A DNA stretch of 64,000 nt from Candidatus Heimdallarchaeota archaeon (GCA_030603365.1 JAUVXV010000002.1:64001-128000), one strand, 5' to 3'. Numbered from the stretch's first letter, positions 9,174 through 20,441 are shown. A program made the numbers and translations. The notes: a model not told the origin generated them from the letters alone.

Positions 9174-10724
9174 ATGACCTTAATCAATGAGAACTTTGTT
9201 ATGGACTTTTATCTTAAGCTAATAGAAGAAGACAAAATCAATTTTCTTGCTGGAAAAGAAGAAACTAAGAAAGAGATAAAGAAAAAAATAATTAAATTAC
9301 AGAAAAGTGAAGAAATCCATGATAAAATTCAGATCGCAAAAAATCTCTGGAAAATCCTTTTTGAAGTTTCGATGGAATTTATAGATCCTGACAAACAGGG
9401 GTATGATGATCTTTTCAAATATTTTGAAGAATTTGTGAAGTTTGAGGAGTTGATTTTTGCTTCAGATTCATTTTATCGAGATCATACTCTTCATTCCCTA
9501 TGGGTATATTTTCTAGGAGAATACTTACATGAACAACCTGAATTTGGTTTTCTTTTTCAAAATCTTAACAGACATTTGAAGGTTTCAGCTTTCATTAACG
9601 AGTACTATAAAGCCTTAAACGTACCAGATATTTTTGGAGAATTGACACTTTTACTTACAAGGGTTGCTGCAATTTTAGATTATGAAGACTCAGTTAGGTG
9701 TGTAGTGGCTTTAACTCATGATTTGGGTTACCCCTTGAAAAAGATATCAAAAATTAACAAATCTATTCGAAATATTCTCCCTTACTTTACCATATCAAAA
9801 TTTGGCGAATTTGATTTTCATTTTGAAAATGTTCAACAATTCTATATAGAAAATCTTCTTGAGATTCTTTCTCTTAATATTAGTTTTAATATTGAATTTG
9901 GTGATTTCACTTTTGATGAAAGACAGGTAGTAAAGGATATGATTGATAAACTGAACAGTTCTTCTGCAGCTCTATTCAATCTTCAAGAACCTAGTGAAGA
10001 AGAGTTTCTCGATCTTAAAAATTCTCTTAGTCAAGCAAATGAAAGACAAGTTGACATCTTAAGAAGGATATATACCATTAAAGGAGAAATGCAAAAAGAC
10101 ATGTCTGCAATCTTGAGGTATTCAAATGATTTTGAACAATATTCCCATGGTATTATGAGTGCTTATCTCTTAATGAAAACTCTAAAATCTTTCTCGAACT
10201 TACCATTAACCTATAGTAATCCAGATAATATAGTGCTAGATAATCTTGATATTGCAGCTGTGAACTCTAAAATGATTATCCTCAAAGCAATGACTGATCA
10301 TACTAGTCAAGGTTATCAAATTAGAGATTTTACTAATTACTCTGAGATACTTGTTCTCTTTGATGAAATAGAAGAATTTTCTCGAATTTCTAGAGCAAAC
10401 CAATATCGACAATTCGTTAATGAATTTTGTAAAACTGATCTAGGGGTAAAAGATGGAGTCCTAAACATCGATTTCATTTTTGATGATGAAAATGTAGTTG
10501 ACTTAGATCCTGAAATTACTTTCAAAGATAAATGTAAAAGGTTTACCACAGTTTTTGATATTCGAAATCTTGCAGATCATATCAAAATAAGGTTCAGAAG
10601 CATAGGAAAATTACCTAAAAATAAAAATATTTACGAATTGTTTATAGAAAAAAATAACGTTAGAATTTCAATTAACGGTGAAGAAAAAGATCTAACTAGT
10701 TATCTGAAAACAAAAGAGATTTAG
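9174..10724 (+). CDS. HD-superfamily metal-dependent phosphohydrolase-like protein
   Basis: RDHTLHS, ALTHDLGYP, HGIMSA, DH and DEIEE motifs. Confidence 0.7.
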   Translation: MTLINENFVMDFYLKLIEEDKINFLAGKEETKKEIKKKIIKLQKSEEIHDKIQIAKNLWKILFEVSMEFIDPDKQGYDDLFKYFEEFVKFEELIFASDSFYRDHTLHSLWVYFLGEYLHEQPEFGFLFQNLNRHLKVSAFINEYYKALNVPDIFGELTLLLTRVAAILDYEDSVRCVVALTHDLGYPLKKISKINKSIRNILPYFTISKFGEFDFHFENVQQFYIENLLEILSLNISFNIEFGDFTFDERQVVKDMIDKLNSSSAALFNLQEPSEEEFLDLKNSLSQANERQVDILRRIYTIKGEMQKDMSAILRYSNDFEQYSHGIMSAYLLMKTLKSFSNLPLTYSNPDNIVLDNLDIAAVNSKMIILKAMTDHTSQGYQIRDFTNYSEILVLFDEIEEFSRISRANQYRQFVNEFCKTDLGVKDGVLNIDFIFDDENVVDLDPEITFKDKCKRFTTVFDIRNLADHIKIRFRSIGKLPKNKNIYELFIEKNNVRISINGEEKDLTSYLKTKEI

Positions 10725-10766
10725 AATTTGAAATTAAAGTATTGAAAATTCTTAGGAAGACTAATC

Positions 10767-11507
10767 TTACTTTTTTTCATAGGGTTTATCTCTCAGCTTT
10801 TCTACTGTTCCTATTTTTTCTGCCCAATCAATCCAATTCTTGTTTCCACCTTCAATATAAGATCCTAAGGGCATAACAACAACTTCTAGTTTCAGAAGCT
10901 CTTCTTTTGGAATCACTTCCCCATTTGAGATTTTCTCAACTGCGGTTTTAAATGCTGAATCCAGTATTTTAGTTGGTTTTCCATAGATCTGATATCTTAC
11001 ATCATCTTCTGGCAATTGAGCAACTTGTTCTAATAGACCTGGTACTGTATGCATTGCAAAAGTTCCTGCTGCTCCTATAGGGAAACCTCCTGCCCAAGTA
11101 AAATCATTTTTCTTAGCAAATTGCTTGTAGATTTTTAAAGCTATATTGTTATGATAATATTCGAGATAACCTGCACAGGAGATGGCTAGAAGAAGTCTTT
11201 TGTCATCATTAATTTTCCCTTCTTGTTTTGCAGTAGAAACAGTATCCATTAGTTTTATTGTCATATATGGTGCAGAGTCAATATAAAGTGGTGAAGAGAG
11301 TATAATGATACTACTCTCGTTAATTGAAGCAATCATTTCTTCAATCTTTTCAGAGTTTTTCAGAGTCTTATAAGTGTGAAAACTTTTCACAGTTATTCCT
11401 CTATCTTCCAATAAACTAGATACATAATTACCCAATGAATAGGATGCACTTTTCTCTCCTCTAGGGCTACACATTAGAAATGTTGCATGCTTAGTCATTT
11501 TCCTCAC
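10767..11507 (-). CDS. Flavodoxin-fold NAD(P)H-dependent FMN reductase-like protein
   Basis: CSPRGEKSAS, SSPLYIDSAP. Confidence 0.75.
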   Translation of the reverse strand: MRKMTKHATFLMCSPRGEKSASYSLGNYVSSLLEDRGITVKSFHTYKTLKNSEKIEEMIASINESSIIILSSPLYIDSAPYMTIKLMDTVSTAKQEGKINDDKRLLLAISCAGYLEYYHNNIALKIYKQFAKKNDFTWAGGFPIGAAGTFAMHTVPGLLEQVAQLPEDDVRYQIYGKPTKILDSAFKTAVEKISNGEVIPKEELLKLEVVVMPLGSYIEGGNKNWIDWAEKIGTVEKLRDKPYEKK

Positions 11508-12069
11508 CCATAATCCTTAAACTATTGTCTATCTTCGTTTTGATTGTTTGTTCATCATCACTTGTGTAAATTATTTGTGAAGTGAATTTAGGAGCAAAAT
11601 TATTGAGACTATTTCTTTTAACTAGATTGGTAAAAATCTCTTCTTGTTCTTTATTTGGTTCATCTAGTGTACCAATCACACTGAAATTTGGATATTTATC
11701 GTACCGTGTCTCATGATGTATTTCATCATGGAATATTCTGAAAAATGGCATGAGTAGACCTATTGATCTATCTAAAGCTTTCTTCAGTTCCGAAGAGTAA
11801 CCTCCATATTTGATGGGAGTGATATAGAATAAATAATCTGATTGAATCATTTTCTCTGCAACTTCTCTTCCAAAATCATCAATAATACAGATTCCAGGAG
11901 TTTCTACCCAACACTTAAAACAACCTAAGCACGGTTTGATGTCCTTTTCATGAAGATTAAGTATTTCTCCTTTAATGTCATGTTCCTGGAGTTTTTCAGC
12001 AATAAATTTGTTTATCTTGGGAATTATCGAATCATTAGATTGCATTCCGTTTAGAATAAGATAACTCAT
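11491..12069 (-). CDS. Iron-sulfur flavoprotein family protein
   Basis: CLGCFKCWVETPGIC, TPIKYGGYSSELKKALDR. Confidence 0.85.
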   Translation of the reverse strand: MSYLILNGMQSNDSIIPKINKFIAEKLQEHDIKGEILNLHEKDIKPCLGCFKCWVETPGICIIDDFGREVAEKMIQSDYLFYITPIKYGGYSSELKKALDRSIGLLMPFFRIFHDEIHHETRYDKYPNFSVIGTLDEPNKEQEEIFTNLVKRNSLNNFAPKFTSQIIYTSDDEQTIKTKIDNSLRIMGEEND

Positions 12070-12263
12070 GAACTATGATATCTACTTCATTATTTATATC
12101 TATTCAAATTCAAATCCTATTGTTAATCACCTAACTAGTTCTTGAGATTTTACAAACATTCTGTAGAAAAAGAAACCAATTTTTGCTGTATAATTGTTTA
12201 AAACATTCGTTTCTCATTTGTTTTAAAAGAAGATTTTAATAGACCAATGGTTTAAGCTCTCTG

Positions 12264-13397
12264 ATGAACGATTCTACTGACAAAAAACTAGATATTGAAA
12301 AAAATGATAGTGTCTTTAGAATCTTGTGTGAAAAATCTAATGATAGCATAACCCTCTTCAAGCTTGATGAGTTCAATAAGATGGCGAATTTTGTCTATTC
12401 TAATCCAGCAACTACCAAATGGACCGGTTTTACTAAAGAAGAGATTTTAGCCAGCTCTCCAAAGGATTTTTTTTCACCAGAACATCTGGAACAGGCAAAG
12501 AAGAGTATTGACATCATTGTCAAGAAAGGATTCCTTACTTACGAATCTGAACTAAGGTTGAAGGATGGAAGTTCCCTTCCTGTTGAGTTTAGTTCTAGTC
12601 TTGTTGAACTAGAAGGTGAGAAATATGTCCTTACAAGTGGAAGAGAAATTGCAGAAAGAGTTGAAACACGTCAAGAAAGAGACGAAAGCATGAAAGAAAA
12701 AACTCTTCTCTTAGATATTCTAACTCACGATCTTCGGAATTACATTGCAGTTCTCTGGAGTTGTATATCTGAAACACTTGAAAGTGAAGATGTAACAATA
12801 GAAGATGTAAAAAAGGCAATTGTAAGAGCTAAAACTTCTCTAGCAAAAACTGATGCTCTTCTAGATGATATCTCAGTATTGATGAAGAAAGATCTTGAAT
12901 TCACTTATGAGCTGAAATCTGTTAATGTTCTGAATAATGTGAATAAATGCAAATCAAATCTTAATGATATGTTCCCAAGGAAGAAAATTACTATTAAAGA
13001 TGAAGGAATCAATTCTGAACATAATGTACTAGCTGACATGCTTTTTGAACAACTGTTATTTAATATCTTAACTAATTCAGTAAGAAATACTCCAAACACT
13101 GATGTTGTTATTGATATAATTACTGAAGAAAAACCGGATAACAAGATTTTGATCTCTATCTCAGATTATGGTAAAGGTATTGCGCCTGAAATAAGAAGAA
13201 ATATCTTTGAAAGATATGGAGAGTTTAGGAAGAAGGGTAAAGGATCAGGTCTTGGATTGTTCATCATTCAAACATTAGTCCAACGGTATAATGGAGATGT
13301 TTGGTTAGAGAATAGGATAAAGGGAGATTATACTCAAGGAACTACTGTCAAAGTTGAACTTCGAAAAGCTGCAACAGCAGTATTCGAATTTGTATAA
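12264..13397 (+). CDS. PAS-domain sensor histidine kinase (cytoplasmic)
   Basis: PAS (YSNPA...GFTKEE...KDGS), H-box THDLRN, N-box NILTNS, DYGKGI, GSGLGL. Confidence 0.9.
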   Translation: MNDSTDKKLDIEKNDSVFRILCEKSNDSITLFKLDEFNKMANFVYSNPATTKWTGFTKEEILASSPKDFFSPEHLEQAKKSIDIIVKKGFLTYESELRLKDGSSLPVEFSSSLVELEGEKYVLTSGREIAERVETRQERDESMKEKTLLLDILTHDLRNYIAVLWSCISETLESEDVTIEDVKKAIVRAKTSLAKTDALLDDISVLMKKDLEFTYELKSVNVLNNVNKCKSNLNDMFPRKKITIKDEGINSEHNVLADMLFEQLLFNILTNSVRNTPNTDVVIDIITEEKPDNKILISISDYGKGIAPEIRRNIFERYGEFRKKGKGSGLGLFIIQTLVQRYNGDVWLENRIKGDYTQGTTVKVELRKAATAVFEFV

Positions 13398-13604
13398 AAT
13401 AATTCCCGATTGTCCTCAAGTCAATTCAAAGAGGAACTAATACTTTATCACAGTTATATGTATCTAGGATACGTTTTTGATATGTTTTTAAATTTAATTT
13501 TTCATATTGTTTTTCTCCATGACGAAAACCTTTAAACCAAGCTAAGAATCGTTAGCTTCAATTGACCTGAATTTATTATAATTGAAAGATTTCCTATAAC
13601 CAAA

Positions 13605-14795
13605 ATGGGAGCGAACGCCATGGTCGAAAGCGATAGTACTAAACATCGAAAGAAGCAAAAGAAAAGAGTTGGTTTTCCTAGGGCTTTACTTTACTATTAT
13701 TTCGATGCTATGTGGGAGAGCTTCTTTGAAGCATTAGGAGCTGAAGTTGTCCTGTCATCACCAACTAGTAAAATAACAAAGGACAGGGGTGTCTTAGAAA
13801 CATTAGATGATGAATGCTATTCAACAAAGCTGTACCATGGGCACGTTTTAGAACTTATTGAAAAAGATCTTGATTATATTTTTGCTCCTCGTTTTGCTAG
13901 TAGAAGAAAACGAGAAGTTGGATGTCCGAAGTTCGTTGCTCTTGCAGACATTCTCAAGTATACAAAAGTCAATCTTCCTCCTGTCATTGGTCCTTACTAT
14001 AGTACGTCTAGAGAAAACCATGGATTTTGGCGTTTAGTGATAATAATTTTTGAGATCGGATTCAAATTTACAAAAAATCCGTTCAGGATAATCTATGCTG
14101 CTCTCAAAGCTAGAAGAAATCACAGGATTGCTATAAGAAATAAAAGTATAGATGAGGAGACTCTTAACAAATGGGAAAATTCTGAAATTTTGCTCAATGA
14201 TGCACCTGTGGTAGAAGATGGAGAAACACCTTTGAAGGTTGCTCTTATTGGACATACTTATTTGATCAATGATAGATTTGCATCATTAGATGTACGTCAG
14301 AAACTTCAGAAATTAGGCGTAGATGTTGTAACTTCAGAACAAATGCCTAGAAACTTGCTTGAAAGACAACTTCTGCGTTTATCCATGGAAAACTATGGTT
14401 TAGATTTTTCAGAACCAGAAAAACTAACTAAAAAGGAATTGAAAAAACATCTTTTAGGAAGTAACGATTATCTTTATTTTGAATTTGAACATGAGATAGT
14501 TGGTACTGCAATGCATTATCTTGAAAATAACACTATTGATGGAATACTGATGCTTGTTAATTTCATCTGCGGTCCTGTTTCAGTTTCTATGGAATATGCA
14601 AAACTATTTGCAAAAAAAATTAAAGCTGAAACCCCAATGGCTATATTAACTCTTGATGCACATACAGGGGAAGCTGGATTTCAAACTAGATTAGAAGCTT
14701 TTAGTGATATCCTTAGAATGAAGAAGAGTACAGGAACTATACCTGAGAGTGTTAAAAGTGTATCAGGGTCAATATTTGAGATGGGGCTTAGCTAA
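13605..14795 (+). CDS. Acyl-CoA dehydratase activase-associated protein (DUF2229-like)
   Basis: VGFPRAL, ECYSTKLYHGHV, GCPKF, FICGP, DAHTGEAGFQTRLEAF. Confidence 0.8.
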   Translation: MGANAMVESDSTKHRKKQKKRVGFPRALLYYYFDAMWESFFEALGAEVVLSSPTSKITKDRGVLETLDDECYSTKLYHGHVLELIEKDLDYIFAPRFASRRKREVGCPKFVALADILKYTKVNLPPVIGPYYSTSRENHGFWRLVIIIFEIGFKFTKNPFRIIYAALKARRNHRIAIRNKSIDEETLNKWENSEILLNDAPVVEDGETPLKVALIGHTYLINDRFASLDVRQKLQKLGVDVVTSEQMPRNLLERQLLRLSMENYGLDFSEPEKLTKKELKKHLLGSNDYLYFEFEHEIVGTAMHYLENNTIDGILMLVNFICGPVSVSMEYAKLFAKKIKAETPMAILTLDAHTGEAGFQTRLEAFSDILRMKKSTGTIPESVKSVSGSIFEMGLS

Positions 14796-15940
14796 TGGAA
14801 TCTTATGTTACATATCCTCATTTTGGACCACTTACTTTGCTTTTCAAGGCAATTTTCCAAGAATTAGAAGTCCCTGAAGAGCGAATAATTAACCCTTCTC
14901 CACCCAGTAAACGAACCTTAGAAATAGGATCAGAAAACTCTCCAGAATGGATGTGTACTCCATTCAAACTAAGTTTAGGCTCTCTTATTGAATGCATTGA
15001 AAGAGGAGCTAATCATGTTTTTCAGATTGGGGGAATAGGAACCTGTAGAGCTAGTTGTTATGGACCAGTTCAAAGAGTAATTACTGAAGATTTGGGATAT
15101 GATGTAAAGTACACAAATATTGATTATCACTTGCCATTGGAAATGATGAAAGATTTACGATCAGTTAGTAACAATTTCAGTGCTTGGCAGTCAATTAAAG
15201 CTCTTAGAAAAATTTGGGTGAAGAATTATTCACTTGATTTAACAGAGCACTTAATAAATTTCTATAGAGGAGTGGAAATTGAAAAAGGGAAAACGGATAA
15301 AGTAGCGAAAGAAGTTTATGATAAGTTATTTAGTATCCGTAAAGTTAAGGAAGTGAAAAGATTCCACAAGCAAATTCCGGGAATTTTCAAAAAAGAAGTA
15401 CAAATAGATGAAGATGCAGATCCTCTAAAAATAGGTATTATTGGTGAGATTTATGTTGTTCTTGAACCTATGCTTCATCTTGATTTATATCGTCGATTAA
15501 ACAATTTAGGAGTAATCTGTCGCAACACTGTTTCTTTGAAGAAATTTACAGATTTACCTGCTAAACTAAATCCATTTGTAAAAGAATATTATAAAATCTA
15601 TAGAGAGAAAGCACGTCCATACATTCAGCAGTATTGTGGTGGTGATGGACAAGAAAGTATTGGAGCAACAATATTGCTTCGAGAACTAGGATGGGATGGA
15701 ATGGTACATGTATGGCCATTTAGTTGTATGCCTGAACTCAGTGCTCAATCGGTAATTCCTAGTGTAACTAATGATTATGGTATGCCTGTTCTACCAATGA
15801 TTGTTGATGAACAAACTGGAGAAGCAGGCTTTCAAACAAGACTTGAGGCATATGTTGATATGCTTAAAATCAAACGAGAAAACGAACGTCAAGGTAAACC
15901 AAAAGAGAAAATTTCATGGGAGACTTTTAATTATGACTGA
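14795..15940 (+). CDS. 2-hydroxyacyl-CoA dehydratase-related protein
   Basis: SPEWMCTPFK, GTCRASCY, IGEIY, WPFSCMPE, DEQTGEAGFQTRLEAY. Confidence 0.8.
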   Translation: MESYVTYPHFGPLTLLFKAIFQELEVPEERIINPSPPSKRTLEIGSENSPEWMCTPFKLSLGSLIECIERGANHVFQIGGIGTCRASCYGPVQRVITEDLGYDVKYTNIDYHLPLEMMKDLRSVSNNFSAWQSIKALRKIWVKNYSLDLTEHLINFYRGVEIEKGKTDKVAKEVYDKLFSIRKVKEVKRFHKQIPGIFKKEVQIDEDADPLKIGIIGEIYVVLEPMLHLDLYRRLNNLGVICRNTVSLKKFTDLPAKLNPFVKEYYKIYREKARPYIQQYCGGDGQESIGATILLRELGWDGMVHVWPFSCMPELSAQSVIPSVTNDYGMPVLPMIVDEQTGEAGFQTRLEAYVDMLKIKRENERQGKPKEKISWETFNYD

Positions 15941-17027
15941 AAATTGTGATTGTCCAAAAGATGAGGGAATGACTTCAACTGAAACTCATTCAAAAAAAGA
16001 AATGTTAGGATCTACACAAGAAAGCCTTGCTGTCGAAGGTTCATCCAATTGTTTCTACCTTGGAGTAGATGTGGGTTCTATCAGCACAAATTTAGCAATT
16101 ATAGATGGTCAAAAGAATCTTGTTGATTCAGTATACATACGAACTGAAGGAAGACCAATTCAATCAATTCAACATGGAGTTACTCTTCTCAAAGAAAAGG
16201 TAGGGGAGAGTTTCCAAATTCATGGTGTTGGAGCAACAGGTAGTGCTAGACAACTAACAGGTTTGATTGTTGGAGCAGATGTTGTAAGGAATGAGATCAC
16301 TGCACATTCACTTGCTTCTCTTAATGAGAACTCCGAAATTCAAACAATCATGGAGATAGGTGGTCAAGATAGTAAAATCATAATTATCAGAAATGGAGTA
16401 CCAATTGATTTTGCAATGAATACTGTTTGTGCAGCAGGAACAGGATCCTTCTTAGACCAGCAAGCAAATCGTCTAGAAATACCTATAGAAGATTTCGGAG
16501 ATTTAGCTCTAAAATCAGATAATGCCGTAGCTATTGCTGGTAGATGTACAGTTTTTGCAGAATCAGATATGATCCACAAACAACAACTAGGTCATTCAGT
16601 AGAAGACATTATACGTGGATTGAGCGAAGCACTTGTGAGAAATTACTTGAACAATGTAGGTAAAGGGAAAGATATTACCGGACCTATTATGTTGCAAGGA
16701 GGAGTAGCTGCCAATGTTGGTATCAGAGATGCATTCAGACGCTCACTCATCAAGCAAGAAAAAATTAAGCATGAGGACGAGATAATTGTTCCAGAACATT
16801 ATGACGTTATGGGAGCAATTGGGGTAGCTATACTAGCTATGAATAAGATGGTTAAGAATCCGAAAATGAAAACTAATTTTGTTGGTTGGCAAATCCCAGA
16901 TATAAATTTCAAAACTAAAGGATTTGAGTGTAAAGATTGCCCCAACATCTGTGAAGTAATAGAAGTTCTTATGGAAGACGAAGTGATTGCTAGGTGGGGA
17001 AGTAAATGTGGAAAATGGGATATTTAG
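15933..17027 (+). CDS. CoA-substrate-specific enzyme activase (BadF/BadG/BcrA/BcrD ATPase); start reassigned to the ATG overlapping the upstream stop
   Basis: GVDVGSIST, EIGGQDSK, MNTVCAAGTGSFL, RCTVFAESD, GGVAAN. Confidence 0.9.
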   Translation: MTENCDCPKDEGMTSTETHSKKEMLGSTQESLAVEGSSNCFYLGVDVGSISTNLAIIDGQKNLVDSVYIRTEGRPIQSIQHGVTLLKEKVGESFQIHGVGATGSARQLTGLIVGADVVRNEITAHSLASLNENSEIQTIMEIGGQDSKIIIIRNGVPIDFAMNTVCAAGTGSFLDQQANRLEIPIEDFGDLALKSDNAVAIAGRCTVFAESDMIHKQQLGHSVEDIIRGLSEALVRNYLNNVGKGKDITGPIMLQGGVAANVGIRDAFRRSLIKQEKIKHEDEIIVPEHYDVMGAIGVAILAMNKMVKNPKMKTNFVGWQIPDINFKTKGFECKDCPNICEVIEVLMEDEVIARWGSKCGKWDI

Positions 17028-17366
17028 AATTATTGTATACCAATCAGCTGATAATTATCATTTTAAATCTTTGTAGGAATCATATTGGCTGCTTTCGTAT
17101 TAGTAGTCTTCAAGACTAAAGATTGGAAGAAAGACGTAATGTAAAAAAAATTGTGCACAACAAAGCTATGTGCAACTCTTTTCTATTTTTCTAAACGAAG
17201 TTCTTCAAAGAATTGATTTGAATTTTCAGTTACATTTTTCTTTATGTTAGTTCCAAGTTCTGTAAGTGTCTCAAATGATTTGTAAGTTTTTCCTTCTAGA
17301 CTTCTAAGGAACTAATAAATTCTTTAATGAAAATTAGAGTGGTGTAAACATGTTTTAGCTTCTTTG

Positions 17367-18980
17367 CTATTTTCGTTTTTTGTAGAAGGAGTTGAATTGT
17401 GAGGACAATCCTATTAAAGAGATAATGAATATCACAACATCTATAGGACTTTCCTCTGTCATCTCTTCTGTGGTTTCAGGATTTGTTTGATGAACTGGTT
17501 CAGTTAAAGGAAAAGGATCTGTTGCTCCTGCATCCCCATCCAGTAAATATTCCTCTCCTCCTTCTTGAAGGTCTGACCAGTAATTTCCTGTACTTGTTTC
17601 CTCATTATACCATTTATTTACCACCCCTGAGTCAAATGCTTGAGCATTCCCTTGCTCTGTTCCTTCAAGGTTGTTATTGATGAAATCGTTTTGATAAAAG
17701 ATATTTCCTACTGAATCATCATCAACATTGATACCATATTTTATGTTCTCCTTTATAATGTTGGAAGAGATTGTATTGTAGTACGATTCTGTTAAGAAAA
17801 TCCCTCGGGTATTTGCTATACAAGTATTATTAGCAACCAGTCCATAATAAGCAGTATAAAGTCCTATACCCATATTATTCCCCTTACAGAAGTTATTAAT
17901 AATAGTGATTGGTGGAACAAACTTGAAATCACCGTAAAACGCACGAATTCCATCATATCCATTTTCTGTACAATTATTTTCTGCTATCAACATGTTTTCA
18001 CAAACTGTGGTGCTAATACCTGACCAAGTATTGTTATAGCAGAAATTCCTTAAGATTCTAGAATCTGCTGTATCGTCCATATATATTCCATTTCCAATAT
18101 TAGAATAACATTCATTTTCGCTTGCTGTTATGAGATCTGAATCATGACAACTTATCGCTAAAGTATTAAATAAACAGTCATTTTTCGTTATTAGTATTGA
18201 GCTACAGTAAACGGTTTTTATTCCCTCTATACATCCCTCAACATTGTTATTAGATATAGTTCCATTATTTGATTGATTGACTTCCATTCCTTTAAAATTT
18301 TGAAACAATATATTCTCATTTATTGTGTAGAACTTGGATACTAATAGGGCAATTCCCCAAGTATTGTATGCACAGATATTTTCTGTGATAACTGCATAAT
18401 CAGAGTATAATAAACCAATTCCGTATTCATTGTAAGTACAAAAATTATCGATAATCACTGTATTATGAGAGTATGTAACCAATATCCCTATGTTATTATT
18501 ATAACATTCATTACTTTGTGCAGTTACATTATGTGATCTTGTAAAATAAATCCCAGATTCAATATGATTAAAGCATTTATTGTCATTTATTGTTACTGTA
18601 TTGGGTGCAGCTTTTTCAATTGCTATTCCATACTGATCTGCATCTATGTAGCAGTTTTCAATAGTAAAATGCTTTGTAGTGTTAAACACATATATACCTA
18701 GATAATATCCGGTGGTAATGTTATAGTTAGCTATAATATACGGTTCTTCCTCTGTTCCTTCTCCAGGAAAACCATAAAGTTGGAAATCATCATCTGTTAA
18801 TATCTCAATGGGATCATGTTCAATGTACGAGGTACTAGTAATGTGAGTTGGTTGTTGAATGGAAAGAGTATAAGATTCACTTTTAGGAATTGAAACTTCT
18901 TCTAGAACTGTAAAATGAGTATTGTCACATATCAAGGAATTTAGGAACAAAATTGCTATTAATCCTACTTTGTATTTCAT
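17367..18980 (-). CDS. NosD/parallel beta-helix surface protein
   Basis: N-x-C-x-N..GI repeats, GEGTEEEPYII cap, GNYWSD...DPFPL, TM and KKRK tail. Confidence 0.88.
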   Translation of the reverse strand: MKYKVGLIAILFLNSLICDNTHFTVLEEVSIPKSESYTLSIQQPTHITSTSYIEHDPIEILTDDDFQLYGFPGEGTEEEPYIIANYNITTGYYLGIYVFNTTKHFTIENCYIDADQYGIAIEKAAPNTVTINDNKCFNHIESGIYFTRSHNVTAQSNECYNNNIGILVTYSHNTVIIDNFCTYNEYGIGLLYSDYAVITENICAYNTWGIALLVSKFYTINENILFQNFKGMEVNQSNNGTISNNNVEGCIEGIKTVYCSSILITKNDCLFNTLAISCHDSDLITASENECYSNIGNGIYMDDTADSRILRNFCYNNTWSGISTTVCENMLIAENNCTENGYDGIRAFYGDFKFVPPITIINNFCKGNNMGIGLYTAYYGLVANNTCIANTRGIFLTESYYNTISSNIIKENIKYGINVDDDSVGNIFYQNDFINNNLEGTEQGNAQAFDSGVVNKWYNEETSTGNYWSDLQEGGEEYLLDGDAGATDPFPLTEPVHQTNPETTEEMTEESPIDVVIFIISLIGLSSQFNSFYKKRK

Positions 18981-19165
18981 CCTGTTTTCAGCTCAAACAT
19001 TTTCTAGTTTGCTTCTTCTTCTTCTCTATAACATGATATTTGAAGTATATAAGAATTGATACATTAAGTTCTATTACCTGTACTCCCTTCTTATTTAATG
19101 CTCCTTTTGATTTCTTCTTTGGTTTTTTTTTATTTAGTTAAAAAAAAGAGGTTTAGATAGATTTT

Positions 19166-20278
19166 CTATCCAAACCAAGTTGTACCAAGTTGATCTTCAT
19201 ACTCAGCATTCTGTTGTAAATAAAAATCTCCAGGTTCATAGTAGAAGTAAGTATTGCTGTAGTTGTAAGTTGCTTCATAAGAGTAAGAAAACGCTTCATA
19301 GTCTGTTTTTCCATCTGCAAGTCCTTCAAAGAAATAATGTGTGAAAGCAGCTCCATATGCACCATTGAAATCTTTATTTATATCAAAATATTCAAAACTA
19401 TCACCGAACCATTGAGCGGCATGATGCTCATAAGAAGAATTATAGGTATAATTGTATTGAGTAGATGCCATCATAAAAACATCTTCAGCGTTTCTTGGGT
19501 CTTTCAGTTGATATTCATAAACAAAATCACCACTAGAACAAGAGTCAACTATTACAATTATATTTTCTGATTCCAAATTCTCTATTTCATCTGCAAAATC
19601 ACTACTGTACAAAAAATTATATACGATTGGATAACTGATTGCTATTTGAGAGTCTCCACCATAATCCCAATCTGAACCATTGTAAGGACAACCATGACCT
19701 AATATATGAATAAAAACAAGAGATTCACTTGTTTCAATATCATCTAAGTCTTCTATACTATCTTTCCAATCATATGGATTTTCATGATACAGAACATCAC
19801 CAAAATATAGGTTGTTTTTTAAGTAATTCCCATATTCATCTTCGATCATGCTCTGATTTCCAACATCTGAAGCCCACATGAATAGAGCTACACGACCTTC
19901 TAGAGTCATATCTTTTGTGTGAGTAGAGCTTGAAGGTGAAACGAAATTTGATTGCCAAAAGCATCCTATCATTTCAAGACCTATCGCATAAAATTTGTAT
20001 TGAACAGTTGTCCAACTTAATTCATAATTTCCATCAGAATCAGTATAATCATGTGTTTTGACAGCACCATCTTCTCTTAATTGCACCTTTACTCCTTCTG
20101 CACCGGTCGTGGTTCCTTTTACTGTAACCGTACCATTAAAGGTTACTAGACCATAGTACGGTGCTCCTGCAACATTGGTGTTTTCTATATTTCCATAAAA
20201 AATTGGCATCAAGATTGATAATACCAATATACTCATTATTATTTTATTACTTTTTTTCATTGTTTTTCTACCTTCCAT
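19166..20278 (-). CDS. Secreted protein: carboxypeptidase-regulatory-like beta-sandwich plus clan CD (caspase/legumain-like) peptidase domain
   Basis: Signal peptide; GTVTVKGT..GVKVQL...TDSDGNYEL; VFIHILGHG and IVIVDSCSSG His/Cys dyad; AFTHYF. Confidence 0.7.
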   Translation of the reverse strand: MEGRKTMKKSNKIIMSILVLSILMPIFYGNIENTNVAGAPYYGLVTFNGTVTVKGTTTGAEGVKVQLREDGAVKTHDYTDSDGNYELSWTTVQYKFYAIGLEMIGCFWQSNFVSPSSSTHTKDMTLEGRVALFMWASDVGNQSMIEDEYGNYLKNNLYFGDVLYHENPYDWKDSIEDLDDIETSESLVFIHILGHGCPYNGSDWDYGGDSQIAISYPIVYNFLYSSDFADEIENLESENIIVIVDSCSSGDFVYEYQLKDPRNAEDVFMMASTQYNYTYNSSYEHHAAQWFGDSFEYFDINKDFNGAYGAAFTHYFFEGLADGKTDYEAFSYSYEATYNYSNTYFYYEPGDFYLQQNAEYEDQLGTTWFG

Positions 20279-20441
20279 AGTAGGTAACTAGTAGACGATT
20301 TTTCACTATATAAAATAAACAAAAATTCGCGACAAACATTTTGGACGAAATTTAAAAAAGATTGTAACCCGTACTTCTTAAATTGTATTTCTTTTATAAA
20401 CTAGGGAATAGATTTTTTAACAACTGTTATTCTAATATCTT

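Noticed and set aside
17100-17320. Possible minus-strand gene remnant (FLRSLEGKTYKSFETL...)
   Set aside because: No start, an internal stop and no recognisable family
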